DNA of 45,071 bases from Deltaproteobacteria bacterium. GTDB taxonomy: Bacteria; Myxococcota_A; UBA9160; SMWR01. Positions 44,583 to 45,071 of the stretch are shown piece by piece. The translations under genes and the position numbers were made by a program. Under the pieces are notes generated by a model. It worked only from the letters and a program-made list of their open reading frames with translations, was not told where the DNA came from and ran no database searches. The stretch lies in assembly GCA_032128375.1 (NCBI GenBank), contig JAQBGU010000237.1, positions 1-45,071 on the forward strand, written 5' to 3'. Position 1 is the first letter of the stretch. Every line of letters begins with the position of its first letter.

Positions 44583-45071
44583 TCAGCGCAGTGCCGGCCA
44601 CAACCGCTCCCGCAAGTAGTCCCACGGGATCCAGAACACGAACGCACCGAGCAGCAACAAGAAGAAAGGCCCGAGCAGCATCGGAAATCCGATGATCATC
44701 GCGCAGGCGGACGGGACCAGCAGCAGTCGAAACCGCGGATGCAGCAGTGCGAGCGGCATTCCCGTCTCGACGGCGATCGTCAGCATCGCCAGCCCAGAGG
44801 TGAGGACCGGAACCTGGGCGATGTGGACACCCCAGTTCGTCCACGCGCGTCCGCCGTAGAAGTACTGGTGGGCAATCATGATCGTCGCCAGATTCTCCGC
44901 GTCCGTCCACTCCCAGCCCGAGTTGTAAAGCTTCGAGTAGCCGGCGGAGAACAGGATCAATGATGTGATCGTCCAGACTGCGCGGATCGGCCAGCGATAG
45001 TGCCCGCTCGGCTGGCCGGCTGGAGACACGCCGCCGGGCAGCGTGCGGCGGACGCGCAGCAGCGAGTCGAT
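44583..45071 (-). CDS. HTTM-like membrane protein (partial; 5' end off the window)
   Basis: Frame stays open to the window edge (IDSLLRVRR...). FSAGYSKL...GWEW...ENL, TIAVETG.PL and following TMs resemble HTTM / vitamin K-dependent carboxylase-like domains. Confidence 0.6.
   Translation of the reverse strand: MDSLLRVRRTLPGGVSPAGQPSGHYRWPIRAVWTITSLILFSAGYSKLYNSGWEWTDAENLATIMIAHQYFYGGRAWTNWGVHIAQVPVLTSGLAMLTIAVETGMPLALLHPRFRLLLVPSACAMIIGFPMLLGPFFLLLLGAFVFWIPWDYLRERLWPALR

Noticed and set aside
1..45071. Transposase, integrase, prophage, rRNA or tRNA genes
   Set aside because: None recognised in the ORF translations or intergenic sequence.

Overview
GC-rich bacterial DNA (taxon cannot be fixed from this window alone). 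About 1-37.6 kb is a dense cell-envelope glycosylation/tailoring island. It holds 9 predicted GT-C-fold membrane glycosyltransferases (ArnT/PMT-like, two tandem YfhO-like, one TMTC-like with TPRs), with a tenth at 39.6-41.2 kb. It also holds one GtrB/DPM-synthase-like GT2, a degenerate GT2-methyltransferase fusion, an AlgI/DltB-type MBOAT ending in a FIYFQF acyl-shuttle motif, 7 SGNH-fold proteins, 4 stand-alone SAM methyltransferases (one a predicted lipoprotein), a NodU/CmcH carbamoyltransferase and two sulfatase-superfamily enzymes with non-canonical active-site motifs. The right end has an HNH endonuclease, a cyclophilin, acnB, a DUF1992-like gene and a partial HTTM-like gene. The best hidden feature, which the ORF track cuts in two, is a 98-aa exported MerP/CopZ-like (HMA-fold) gene at 38488-38784 (-). 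It has an in-frame TGA exactly at the first metal-binding Cys position (PGVV-U-GGT) followed by a bacterial SECIS-like hairpin, so it is a candidate Cys-free U-x-x-T selenoprotein. All family calls come from reading motifs by eye; no database searches were run, and several start codons were re-assigned from the ORF track.
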